Below, piece by piece: positions 26,779 through 38,900 of a DNA stretch of 64,000 bases. Location: contig NC_042998.1 of NCBI RefSeq assembly GCF_006345805.1, positions 119,722,001 to 119,786,000 of the forward strand, written 5' to 3'. Position 1 is the first letter of the stretch. Every line of letters begins with the position of its first letter. Below the pieces are notes generated by a model, which was not told the origin of the DNA, did no database searches, and worked only from the letters and a program-made list of their open reading frames with translations. Source of the DNA: Octopus sinensis. Lineage: Eukaryota. The position numbers and the translations under genes are program-made.

Positions 26779-28599
26779 CACACTCTTAAGTGGTTGATGT
26801 TAGAAAGGGCATCCAGCCATAGAGATCAGACTGATGGAACCTGGGCAGCTCTCCAGGAGCCCAACTCATGTCAAACCATCCAACCCATGCCAGGATGGAA
26901 AACAGATGTTGAATGATGATGACATTCGACCATATTACCATGTTAACTTCACAACCATTGTCACTCCATTTTTCTCTCTCTCTCTGAGTATTTTGATAGT
27001 TTTGTAAGATATTTCCAATTTACTTTTCTTATTTAGTAGGCATCGGATGGACTCTGAGTTGTAATGTTATTAAATTTCACTAACACAAGTTTGTTCAAAC
27101 TTTATTGAGCTGTATAATAAATGTAATAATGATGTTTCTCATTAGTGCAAGGCCACTTTAATTTGGCCCCAGTCCATGTCTGATCATATTTTATTGAACT
27201 TACAGGTGCAATAAAGCTCCCCCCCCACTTCCCTCAGTAAGATTTGAATTGAGGACATAGGTATATATCTAAATATTTTTCTGTTACTCACTGTCATTAC
27301 TTAAGTAATAATAATGATACACACCCATAGAAAGATTATTTCTTGTGACCACATCTTAACTTTAACGGTCTTGTTGATTTCATTTCATCCCTCTTGATCA
27401 ATAGTTTAGTGCTATACTTCCCTTGAGAATGTTTTAAATGCAGCTTTATATGTATTATCTGAATAGAAGATGAGATAGACATGGCTAGATTTACTGTATC
27501 AGAGCTTGTCTATTGGTATGTAATAACAAAGGCAAGAGAAACTAAGCATCCGTAAACAATTGCCTTGGTGAACATTGGAGCTGTCTATTTGTGATTCACT
27601 ACAGTTCATATAAATATGTAAAATATCTGATTAACCCAGATGTTTTATGATATTTAAAGTTCCATCTATATCCTACTATTAGGTAGGGTCTTGACTTTCA
27701 CTTCAGGGTTCTTGAAATAAGTAACAATAAAATATTGACTGCAAACAACTTCTACATAGTATGTAAGGAGGGTATTTTTAACTAAATGTAATTCTGTGTT
27801 CAATTTTAGTGGACACTTAGAGGTCTGTCCCACTATGCTTTTAAAAAGTATTATTGATCTGAAGGAATTGACAACATTGGTCAATATACCCACGACCATA
27901 TCATTCCAGTCATGACCATCCTGTCTTTTTAGAGGCATCTTAAACTACATTATCTAACATTCCCTCTTTTTTTTGAAAATAATTGACTATAAATTTGGCT
28001 GCTATTATTCTTTGCAAGTTAAGTTAACCATTGACTCAAGTATACAGGAATTCAGAAAGCAAGCGAAATGACAAGGGAGTTAACTAAGCTACTATTATAT
28101 GCAAGTCCAGGTAAAAGTTTCAACTGCATCCCTCTAAAATGGAGTACCAAAACTAATAGCTCTACAGCAGGAAATTGAGTCATTTTCATATAGTTTGTAA
28201 ATGGAAATACCTAACATTTCAAATAGAGACCTTCACCATGCAGCCTTTATTGACAAGCACTGCTAATAGTCTTATCAAATTCCAAAAATAGATTATAAAT
28301 AACTTACAATATATCTCAATATTTTGAATTGTTCAAAACCTACTCAGGTTAATTACTTTTCATCTTTTCAGAACCACTTGAATTAATATTAATAATATAC
28401 TTTGGTTGAATTAGTTATACACACCTTCTTTCCAAACTTGTTTAATGAAAGAGATTAAATTTATCCATGCCAGAGAAAAAATAAAGAAAAAAAACATAGC
28501 CATTATTTGCAAGTATTACTTGGTAGCATGTGCTCTGCTATTGCAAATTGTTTTAAGTGCCTTTGTAATCATAAGCTGATGTAGACACCCTCTCAGCCC

Positions 28600-28800
28600 T
28601 CCCATTCTTGAAACCAGTGAAATCCTGCTGGGAGGAGAGAGGGCTGCACCAGCACTCTGCTGGCACTTATTTTCAGTTTATTATCCTAGAGTAACCTGAA
28701 ATGAATTGACTTGCTTAAGAAGACAAGTTCCACCTGGTTCAGGAATTGAACTTACAGCCTTATGATTGTGATCTCAACACCCTGATAACTTGGTCACATA
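28600..28800 (-). mobile_element. Degenerate tRNA-derived SINE
   Basis: Inverse B box ggaattgaac and SINE-like body. Confidence 0.45.
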
Positions 28801-30309
28801 CTTTTACTTGTAAATAGAATCATTTGTCAAGATAATTGTGATAAACAAGGGATCATCTCTAGTGATGTTTGTGAGAGAGAAGTTGTGATATTCATGCCTT
28901 TTCTCAAATTATTACCGGCAGAAGTAAAATGAAAGAACTATACATTGGAAATATAAGTTCTCTCTAGCTCCTAAATTAAGAATAGGTACTTTCAGTGTCA
29001 CTACCTTTTAATGACGTTAGCTTTGCTTTCACTTACCTATCAAGTTTTTTTATGAATTGTAAATCATTATCTTGTTGGACTCCTTTCAACTCAAATGATC
29101 ATCAAGGCTAGTGTTTTTAGATGCCTGCAAAATAAATAATAGATAATTTGTTGTGGTTTTCTATGAGTCACTGTATACTATTTCAATAGATATTTTTTCG
29201 TTTTCTCACTTAGCTTCAATACATTTCTCATATACTGCATCAGTTTTAACTTCCAACTGTTTTGTATTGTGCAAATAACAGATTTTTAATATGCATTCAG
29301 GATAGTTGTATAACAAGGGAGGTAACTAAGTTATTGCCTAAATTTCGGTATAATTTTTCTTACCAATAATAGCACTCACTCCAAAATTATATTCTCATAG
29401 AGAAATATATTGATATCAAAGATATTTTATCAAGTTTAAGAGGGGCTCTTTTCCAAAAGATTTGTGTCTTAATAGTCATTAAAGTGCAACGAGTTTGAAG
29501 TGAAATTATTCTTTCTCTCCCACCACCCTACCATCTCTCTCTCTCTTTTTTTTAAAGCTTAAAGGATAAAATAGAACACCAGAACTTGAGAAGCATGAAA
29601 CTTTTCTTTAGTTAAATGTTTATTTTTTTACTGTAGTGAAGTTTGCCTTTCATTCTGCTAGTGTTTATAAAATAAGTGTCAGTTATATAATAGAGTTGAC
29701 TATATCAACTGTATCATCTCATTAAAGAGTATTAAATATGATGATTTAAATGGAAAGTTATGTGCTGATGTTGAACTTTTTAATTATTTCACTTATCAGC
29801 TGAATGTAAGACGTTTTACAGAATAAAGTGAATTATGTGATATTTGTATAATACATTGTTAGAAGAGTGATGGTGTTAATGTAGGTGACTGAGAAATGCA
29901 GCATATATGGTTTAGATATATGGTATAGAAATGTGATGGTGTCATGTAAATTGCATAGAAATCAGGTAATGTTGCTAAGTAAAATTGATCACTGCATGAT
30001 GCATTTTGTAGTTGTAAATAATCTGTGTAGTATAATGTCAAAGCATAGGATCAGAACAGATGACGAAACCTTCATATATATAGGCAGATGTGTTGAAGCA
30101 TACAAAAATTATGGTGAGGATGGTGTAGCTATACAGATATGATGTGCTTCTTTATTGTTAGGAAGTTTCCTTTAAAGTTTATGTAGGTGATGGTATAATG
30201 TAGAAGTGGCTTTGTCAACATCATTTATAATTAAAATAAATTTCTTTCTAATAAATGCATATTGTTATTAAAAGTATTTATTTTCTTATTTCCAGCTTTA
30301 TATTGCACC

Positions 30310-30638
30310 ATGCCAGCCATCAAACTCAAGAGAGTGACAGCAGAATACCTTGCTGAAAAGACTGCACAACAATCTAAAGCAGCTGCTGCAGCAAGCACAG
30401 CAGCATCCACTGCAACACCATCTGCAGCAGATGAAGATGCTTCAAACCGATCTGAATCCAGTACAGCAGCAGCTACTCCTACTAAAACAGACACAAAGAA
30501 TAAAGCCAAGCAGCCTACCACTGAGACAGCCAAATCAAGTGGAGCTGGGTCAAAGATTCTTTCTAGATTAGATGATACAGTTTTGACAGAAAAACGTAAA
30601 AGAAATGTTCCTGCTGCTGAGCTCAAGTTGATGGAATG
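30310..30638 (+). CDS. HP1BP3: HP1BP3-like coding exon 1 (MPAIKLKRVTAEY... Ala/Thr/Lys-rich N-terminus)
   Basis: Acceptor ttccag at 30295, ATG at 30310 in context gcaccATG, donor TG|gtttgt (phase 2). Confidence 0.85.
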
Positions 30639-32887
30639 GTTTGTCTTTTAATATTTCTTAATTTGAGAATGTTTGGTGGCAGAATTTAATAGAATGCTGG
30701 CCAGAGTGATTTCTTATATTTTACTACATTCTTTTTCTTTCTGATGATATTAACATTTCCTTTTTATTCATTTGAGTTCATCAAAATATACCAGTAGCAT
30801 ATAGATTCAATGTAATATACCATTAATACATTTGTGGCCTCGTACTAATGTAAGCAATGGAAATTTCCACATTTTCATTGTTAATTATACAACAAATTAT
30901 TCTGTAACCAATCCTTATTTTAATATATATTATTAGTAACATCTATTTTTGTCTACATTTAATTTATGTTTAATTTTCTGACATGCCTATAGTTCTCAAA
31001 TTTTACTAAAACTTCTGAATTCTTTATTTTATATCTTTCTTATTTGATACCAAACTATATATTTCACTGTAGTTATAGTTTTATGTTTTACACAAATTTT
31101 TCATTTTAGGCTTGATGATAACTTTGAAGAGCGAGACAGCACATCTATTTCAATGTTAATACTCTATGATTACTATGCCGAAACCTGTCAGTTAGATGCA
31201 TCCAAAGTTGTGGATATTCCTAACTTTAAAAAGGTAATAATTTGACTAATTTCTTAAATATCTAAATAAATGTCTGAGGTGAGTTTGTAATAAGATTTTT
31301 TTTGTTTTTTTTTTTACTACTGATCTCATTTTCATAGTAGAAACACTTTTTAAAATCTACACCATATTTTGATCAGGTGACCTCCAATTGTCATCAGGTG
31401 TCTTATTAGTGGAAGTATTCATTGTTCCACCCATGCTAGCAAGGAAGGTGGATGTTAAACGACGACGATGATGATGATGATTCATTGTTCCAGACTATAT
31501 TAGAAGTAGTAACTTTTACTTCTAAGTTAAGTCTGATAATGTCCTTTTCCTCTAGGTCACTAATGCATATATTTGTATAATATAAATGTATTGAAAAATC
31601 TTTCCTATCCGAAGACGAGGTTTACTGTTTTATCAGTTTGGGTTTACTGTTTACAATGAGGTTTACAGTTTACTAAGTTAGTTACTTGGAAGTGGATTCT
31701 GTTATACTTTATTATTGTCACCTATTTATCAATTCTACATTAGAGTATCTACACTGCCAATTTAATCCTAGATTTTCTTGATCTACATCAACAATTCATC
31801 TTATTAATTTTATTTAGATTTCTCTTTATTTTTACACAATACTTTAATTCTTTATCAAATTTGGTGTATTGCTTTGACCAATGTTTGAAGAATTATATGT
31901 ACTTGGCTACTTTGTAATGTTCTATATGTAGCCCTTAACTATCCTTGAAAGCACAAGCTTTTTTTTATTTTGTATTAAGCTATCCATATTGGTAGATTAT
32001 ACATAATCTAATGACTGTTCTTAAGAATTGAAAGATCATTGCGTAATACAGTAAATATTACTGTTGGAAATCTTATCTGAGATATGAAAGTCATTGATGG
32101 TGTATGAAATATCAATATATGATTCATGTGAAGATATATTATATATCACAGCTATAGAAGTTGGTGTCATCTGAGCTTAACACAGATGGCAGATAAACCA
32201 TTATTACTCCTGTTTCTATACAATCAATACATTAGGTATCTTATACCAATTCATTTAAGTTTCATTACCTAATTTTAACATTTAAGAGTTTCTTACTATT
32301 TGGTTTAATCATCATCATCATCATCGTTTAATGTCCACTTTCGATACTAGCATGGGTTGGACGATTTTGACTGAGGGCTGGCGAACCAGATGGCTCCTCT
32401 AGGCTCCAATCTTGATTTGGTAGAGTTTCTATAGCTGGATGCCCTTCCTAACGCCAACCACTCCGAGAGTGTAGTGGGTGCTTTTTACCCGCCGCCGGCA
32501 CGGGGGCCAGTAGGCGGTACTGGCAACGACCTCGCTCGAATCCTTTTACACATGCCACCAGCACAGGTGCCAGTAAGGTGACGTTGGTAACAATCACGCT
32601 CGAATGGTGCCCTTTTACGTGCCACTGGCACGGAAGCCAGTTGGCTGCTCTGGCAACGATCACACTCGGATGGTGCCCTTGGCACCCTACTAGCACAGGC
32701 ACAAGTGCCAGTAAGGCAACGCTGGTAACAATCACGCTCGAATGGTGCCCTTTAAGTGCCACCCGCACGGAAGCCAGTTAGCCGCTCTGTCAATGCTAGC
32801 ACAGACGCCAGTCATCAAGTTTGATTTTGATTTTGCGTTTGTAAAATCTTTAATGATCTATATATAGTTGTATGTTACTACTAGGTT

Positions 32888-32935
<48 letters not shown>

Positions 32936-35900
32936 GAGTATTTTTCTAGTTCAATGGCTTACATGTATTATAATGGTGTGTACTTGATTAACTTTGCATT
33001 TTACTTCTAGCATCATCAAATTGGATTATTTAAATGCTTTGTTTATATTTGATAAGTATGATTTTTAAATGGAATGTCTTACCTATATGATAAATTAATC
33101 AATGATTAATTAATATTTCAAATGACTAGATTGTGCGCCAGAAATTTGGAAAAGGTATTGGTATCAAGGAAACTTCGGCTTATAAAGGTTTGTTAAAAGA
33201 AAAGAAACCAAAGAAAAAACCAACAGTGCAAGCTGAGTCATTGCGATTAAAAATGAAAGACATTATTGATGAAGCTCTGAAAGAGTCAGGAAATCCTGTA
33301 TCCTTTTATTTCTATCTTTTCATTCATTCATATATTCCTTCAAGTATATATCTGTTTTACAAAACTTTTCGTGAATCAAACTGAGCAAACATATTTCATT
33401 TAATGAAACAGTAGAATCCAAGAAACAAGTTGTCAAGTAGAGTAAGTTAGTTTGCTGTGAAGAGGAAAAACTTGAAATTGTGATTAGTTAACACTTCAAT
33501 AACTTAAGAACCTGCAAGCTGTATGTATTGGTTATTGCTGGGTGTTTTTACAGGAGTACTGTATGGCTGTTCTTTGTTACATGTTACACATCTATTAGTT
33601 ATTAGATTACACATCTGTGGCAAGTGTAGTTAGTAATTTATAGCACTGAGACAAGTATATAGTTGACAAATCATAGTACTGAGACACATGATAGTTATTA
33701 AGTTATATTGTACAGTGGTGCTTATACAACTACAACATGAAAAGTTATTAAATCATACTATGACATATGTATGCTTTATTAAGTTGTAGAAAGTTGACAC
33801 ATATATAAAATTTTGTTAGCTATAAAAATGTTATAGAAACAAGAATAACTGTTCCACTGAAGAGACTACTAGCATAGCTAGTTACTGAACTTTGATGATT
33901 GAGCAAGTGCTGCTAACTTCAATATTATTGTAATATATATTTGAGTGTGATTTTTGGGAGATGTGATTGCTATTTTTAGCAGATTGTGCACCTACACAGA
34001 TATATTCCCTCAAAAAAGACCAAAACAGGAAGTGATGACTGCTGTTGACACTAAGTGAAGTGAAAGTTGTTGCAAGTGGTATCTAAAAGCATATTATAGA
34101 TTTCTCTCACTGAGAGCTTATTGTTTATCCTGTTGTGTCTGCTACCTAGTTGCTGTCTTCACCACAACAGTATTTTTGTAGTACTTAGTACCTGTTGACT
34201 GACCCAAAACTGTGATGCAGTTGTGTAGCGAACCTTTGATAAAATACATTTTGGTCATGACCATCCTGTCTTTTTCTGTATTTATAAGTAGATTGTCCAT
34301 AGTTATAACAATAACTAGATTGTTCATCTTTCTCAAAGTTGGCTGTGATACAGTTTCAATACTTGTTTTTAAGCTTTCCCCTTATTCATATTAATGACTC
34401 TTTGGAACCAACATGAACACCAACAATTTTTATCATCACTCAGTGTTTTCTGTTTGGTTGACAAAAAAAAAATAATACTGTAAATTGAGCTAACTTTCCC
34501 CATGCTGGCTCTGTTTCTGCTGTGGAAGGGTGGGGCATATGTTACTTTGGTGGGAACATTGTAAAATGAATTATATGAAGGATGAAGATTAAATAATGAA
34601 TTAAGTTAAAAGGTTACCAATAATACCAAAGTAATATGAATCATTGATTATATCAAACATGATTGTTATACACTGTCAGTTTACTTGTGGTTTTACTTAA
34701 CAAAGTGGTTCAGAAAAAAGGCGTTCGTTTTCATTGGTTGAAACAGTATATTGGGGCAAAATATCCTGCCCTCCGGGTTGATTTAAAACCAGGCCTTCTA
34801 AAGGTTGCTCTTGAGCGAGGTGTTCGATTTGGTTCCGTTCAATTGGTAAGTGATTCATTCTTTCCTACTTATCATCCCTCAATTCTTGTTCTTCATTATA
34901 CTCACCCCACCCATTCATTTCTGATCTCTAACAATCTATTACTCACCCTATTCTTGCAACTTCTACTCAGTTCTCCTGTTCCCACTCACTTTGTACCTTG
35001 AGGGTCCACCTCAACACCTCATCACCATTATTTTTATCTCTTTCCATCTCTATCCCAGGCACTCCCACTCTCTACTTTTATGTGAGGAACTATGTAGTTC
35101 CTCTACAGCAAGAAGCCTGTTCTTCTCTGACTCCATCTCTTAGGCTTTAACCCTTTATCTCCTAGCATAAAGCTGCTTCCCTGTCTACTGTAGTCCCATT
35201 CAGTCGAAAGGGATCTTATTTTTGCAAGCTGCATGGCAATCTTTTTAGTGCTGGTACCATAAAAACCACTCATTATGTGCTTAAATGTGATTGGTATTAG
35301 CCAGGAGACCCAGCTGTAGAAATCACTGCAAGCAGATATGGGAATACAATGCAGTCCTTGGACCCACTGGATCCTTTCAAACCATTCAGCCGTGCCAGCA
35401 TTGAATATGGATCATTAAATGGTGATGATGATTGTTGTTTTTAGAGTAGTAAATGACAGACTTGGTAGGCCACCAGATAAAATGCCTTGCAGTTTTTAGT
35501 TACATCATCATCATCATCATCATCATTTAGCGTCCGTTTTCCATGCTAGCATGGGTTGGACGGTTCTACTGGGGTCTGTGAAGCCAGAAGGCTTCATCAG
35601 GCCCAGTCAAATCTGGCAGTGTTTCTACGGCTGGATGCCCTTCCTAACGCCAACATCTTTGTATATTCTAAGTTCAAACCCTAATAGACCTGACTTAACA
35701 TTCACGTTTCAGGGTTTATAAAATAGTACTATAATATACTGGGAGTTAATTCATTCTTTGAAGTTAAGTCCTTTTTTATTTTGATTCCATCATATTAGTT
35801 GGAATTATTTGAAATAAGCAGATGAAGTGGGAAGATAGCAAAGTGACCAATGATATGTTGTGAAAAGAGACTGTTATTGTATGTATAGTAATAATTACAA

Positions 35901-38900
35901 AGTAAAGGAATAAAGAGTTGTTAAAAACTGTAAGGTACTAGACTTCATGTGTTGAAGTATTTTGTCTGGTTCTTAACATACAAATTTCATACGGCCTTTC
36001 ATTCATTCGATCAGGTCTTGTATGCACCATGCAGTACAATGTGTCTTTGAAGATATACTGAAGTGCAATTCATTAGTAAATAGGAAATGTCTATAGATGA
36101 CTTAGAGTTTGCCAATAGAATGAGTGACCTCAGTTTAATCAAAGAGATAAAATCAAATCCCCTAACCACGCATGTCTCTCTCTTTACTTGTGGGCACAGG
36201 CATGGCTTTAGAAGATCACTTCACGAGTATACTGTTTTGGGTTGAATCACATTGCACTGCATGGTACTTTGAGAAAGTACCTTTTATCATAATCTTTGGG
36301 TCAACCAATGCTGTGTCAGAGTTAACTGGATGTTAGAATTAATCCTTCACCCAGTTTAACATCATCGCTTGTCCCTTGAGTATTTTTTGTAGAGTCCTTT
36401 CTGTTACAAGCATTCTGGCTAGCTGTCTAGACTAACAAATAACTTCCTCCTCTCACTAAGCCATTAAAGTAAAAACTTCTTAAGTGTTGACAAGAATAGC
36501 CTGGGCAAAGTTCAGGGAGCTCCTTCATCTGCTGGCAACTAAGGGCCTCTCGCTCAGAGTGAAAAGTAGACTGTATGATGCATGTGTGTGAACTGCCATG
36601 CTACATGGCAGTGAAACATGGGCCATGACTGCTGAGGACATGCATAGGCTTGAAAGAAATGAAGCTAGTATGATCTGCTAGATGTGTTATGTCAGTGTGC
36701 ATACACAACAGTGTAAGTGCCCTGAGAGATAAGTTGGGCATAAGAAGCATCAAGTGTGGTGTGCAAAAGAGGCGTCTGTGCTGGTATGGTCATGTGTTAT
36801 GTATGAATGAAGACAGCTGTGTGAGGAAGTGCTACTCCCTTGACTGTAGAAGGAATCTGTGGAAGAAGTAGACCCAAGAAGACTTTGGATGAGGTGATGA
36901 AGCATGACCATCGAACATTGGGCCTCACAGAGGCAATGACAGGAGACCGGGACCATTGGAGATATGCTGTGATTGAGAAAACCTGGCAAGTAAAGTAAGA
37001 TTGCAGCCACACATGTCCGGCCCTGTTAAGAATACCCCTGATGCGTTGGGCGATATGATATGCTTGAGAAGACCTGTTGAGTCAAGTAAAACCAATATCG
37101 TAGCTGTGGCCAGTGCCCCCTGACTGGCTCTCATGCTGGTGGCACATAAAAAGCACCATCCGAACGTGGTCGATGCCAGGTCCACCTGACTGGCTCTTGT
37201 ACCGGTGGGCACGTAAAAACCACCAACCAATTGTGGCCAATGCCAGTATCTACAGACTGGCTCTTATGCTGGTGGCGTGTAAAAAGCACCATCTGAATGT
37301 GTAAAAACATTGCCGGATCAGATTGGAGCCTGGTGCAACCACTGGCTCTCCAGACCTGTCAAACCATCCAACCCATGTCAGCATGGAAAGCGGACGTTAG
37401 ACGAAGATGATGATGATCTGGACTATTTATGGGTTTTGTCTACAGAATTAAATTAGTTGGAATTCTGTTTGTATGAGTTAATTTATTCAAGTGGTTTGTC
37501 TCAAATGTGAGAGTGACTTGTATCAGAACTATTAAGATATCAGTTAAAGAGTTGGTATTTCAAATACTAATAATAGCAAGACCACTCAGAGCGCAAACCT
37601 CCATCAAGGCAACACCAATGTCCTCTCAACAATTAGCCAGAGATGATTTTTAAAATGAAAATATCTGAAATAAACTCAATTGCCCTCACCAATGAGAGTA
37701 GTCAGGTTCAAAAATGAACCTGACTGCTCTTAAAAATTAAGTTAAAAAACAGGAAAAATAATCCAGAATCCTTGTCCTGTACTGGATCAATCCTAAAATC
37801 TAATCAGTTTGTGCCAGTCATGAGGCCTAACATTCCTGAAAGTTTCATCTGAATCTATCCAGTGGTTCTTGAGATATCTTGTCAATGGACAAACAAACGA
37901 ACACGACTGAAAACAACACCTCCACTTTCGCTAAGGCGGAGGTAATAATTCTAATTTTGAGGGGAGTGAACAGGTCAATTACATCGAACCCTAATACATG
38001 ACAAGTACATTTTATCGACACTGAAAGGGTGCTAGGCAAAGTTGGCCTCAGTGGGATTTGAACTCGGAATTAAAGAGTTGAAACAAATACCATAAAGCAT
38101 ACTTTCAAATACTCTAATGATTCTGCAAGCTTGCTGGCTTATCAGTTTCAAGTTTTGGCACAAAGCCAGCAAGCAGTTTTAGGGAAAGAAATTAGTCAAT
38201 TGCATTGGTCCCTTCTTATCGGCCCTGAAAAGATGAATGACAAAGAAGAAATGCGCTAAGCATTTTGTTTGATGCTCTAAGGATAATTATCATCATTATT
38301 TAGCATCTGCTTTCCATACTGGCATGGGTTAGACTGTTTGACTGAAATTTGTAAGCTGGAGAGCTGCACCAGGTCCCTATCTGATTTGCATGGTTTCTAC
38401 AGCTAGATGCCCTTCCTAATGCCAACCACTCCAAGAATGTAATGGGTGCTTTTTACATGCCACTGGTATGAAGTGCCAGTTACGTGGCACCAGCATCAGC
38501 TTGGCTTGATGAGTCTTCTCAAGCACAGCATATCACCAAAGGTCTCAGTCACTTATCACCTCTGTGAGGCCTAATATTCAAAGGGTGTTTTTTATGTGCC
38601 TGTTGACATCAACATTGGCTATGACTATGGTTTCACTTGGCTTGATAAGTCTTCTCAAGCATGGCATATCGCCAAAGGTCTTGATCACTTGTCATTGCCT
38701 CCATGAGGCTCAGTGTTTGAAGATCATGTTTTCCTGGATCTACTTCTTCCACAGGTTTCCTCCACAGTTTATGACAATAATCAAAATAACAAAACTCCAG
38801 GCTAGACTGGATAATGAATGACAATCTCCACTGTTATCTTTATGTGCCAGTGTATGACATTTAACACTGAGTATCAATCTCCTGTATACATTTATGTATG

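Noticed and set aside
30231-30626. 131-aa minus-strand Ala/Val-rich ORF
   Set aside because: Antisense shadow of HP1BP3-like exon 1.
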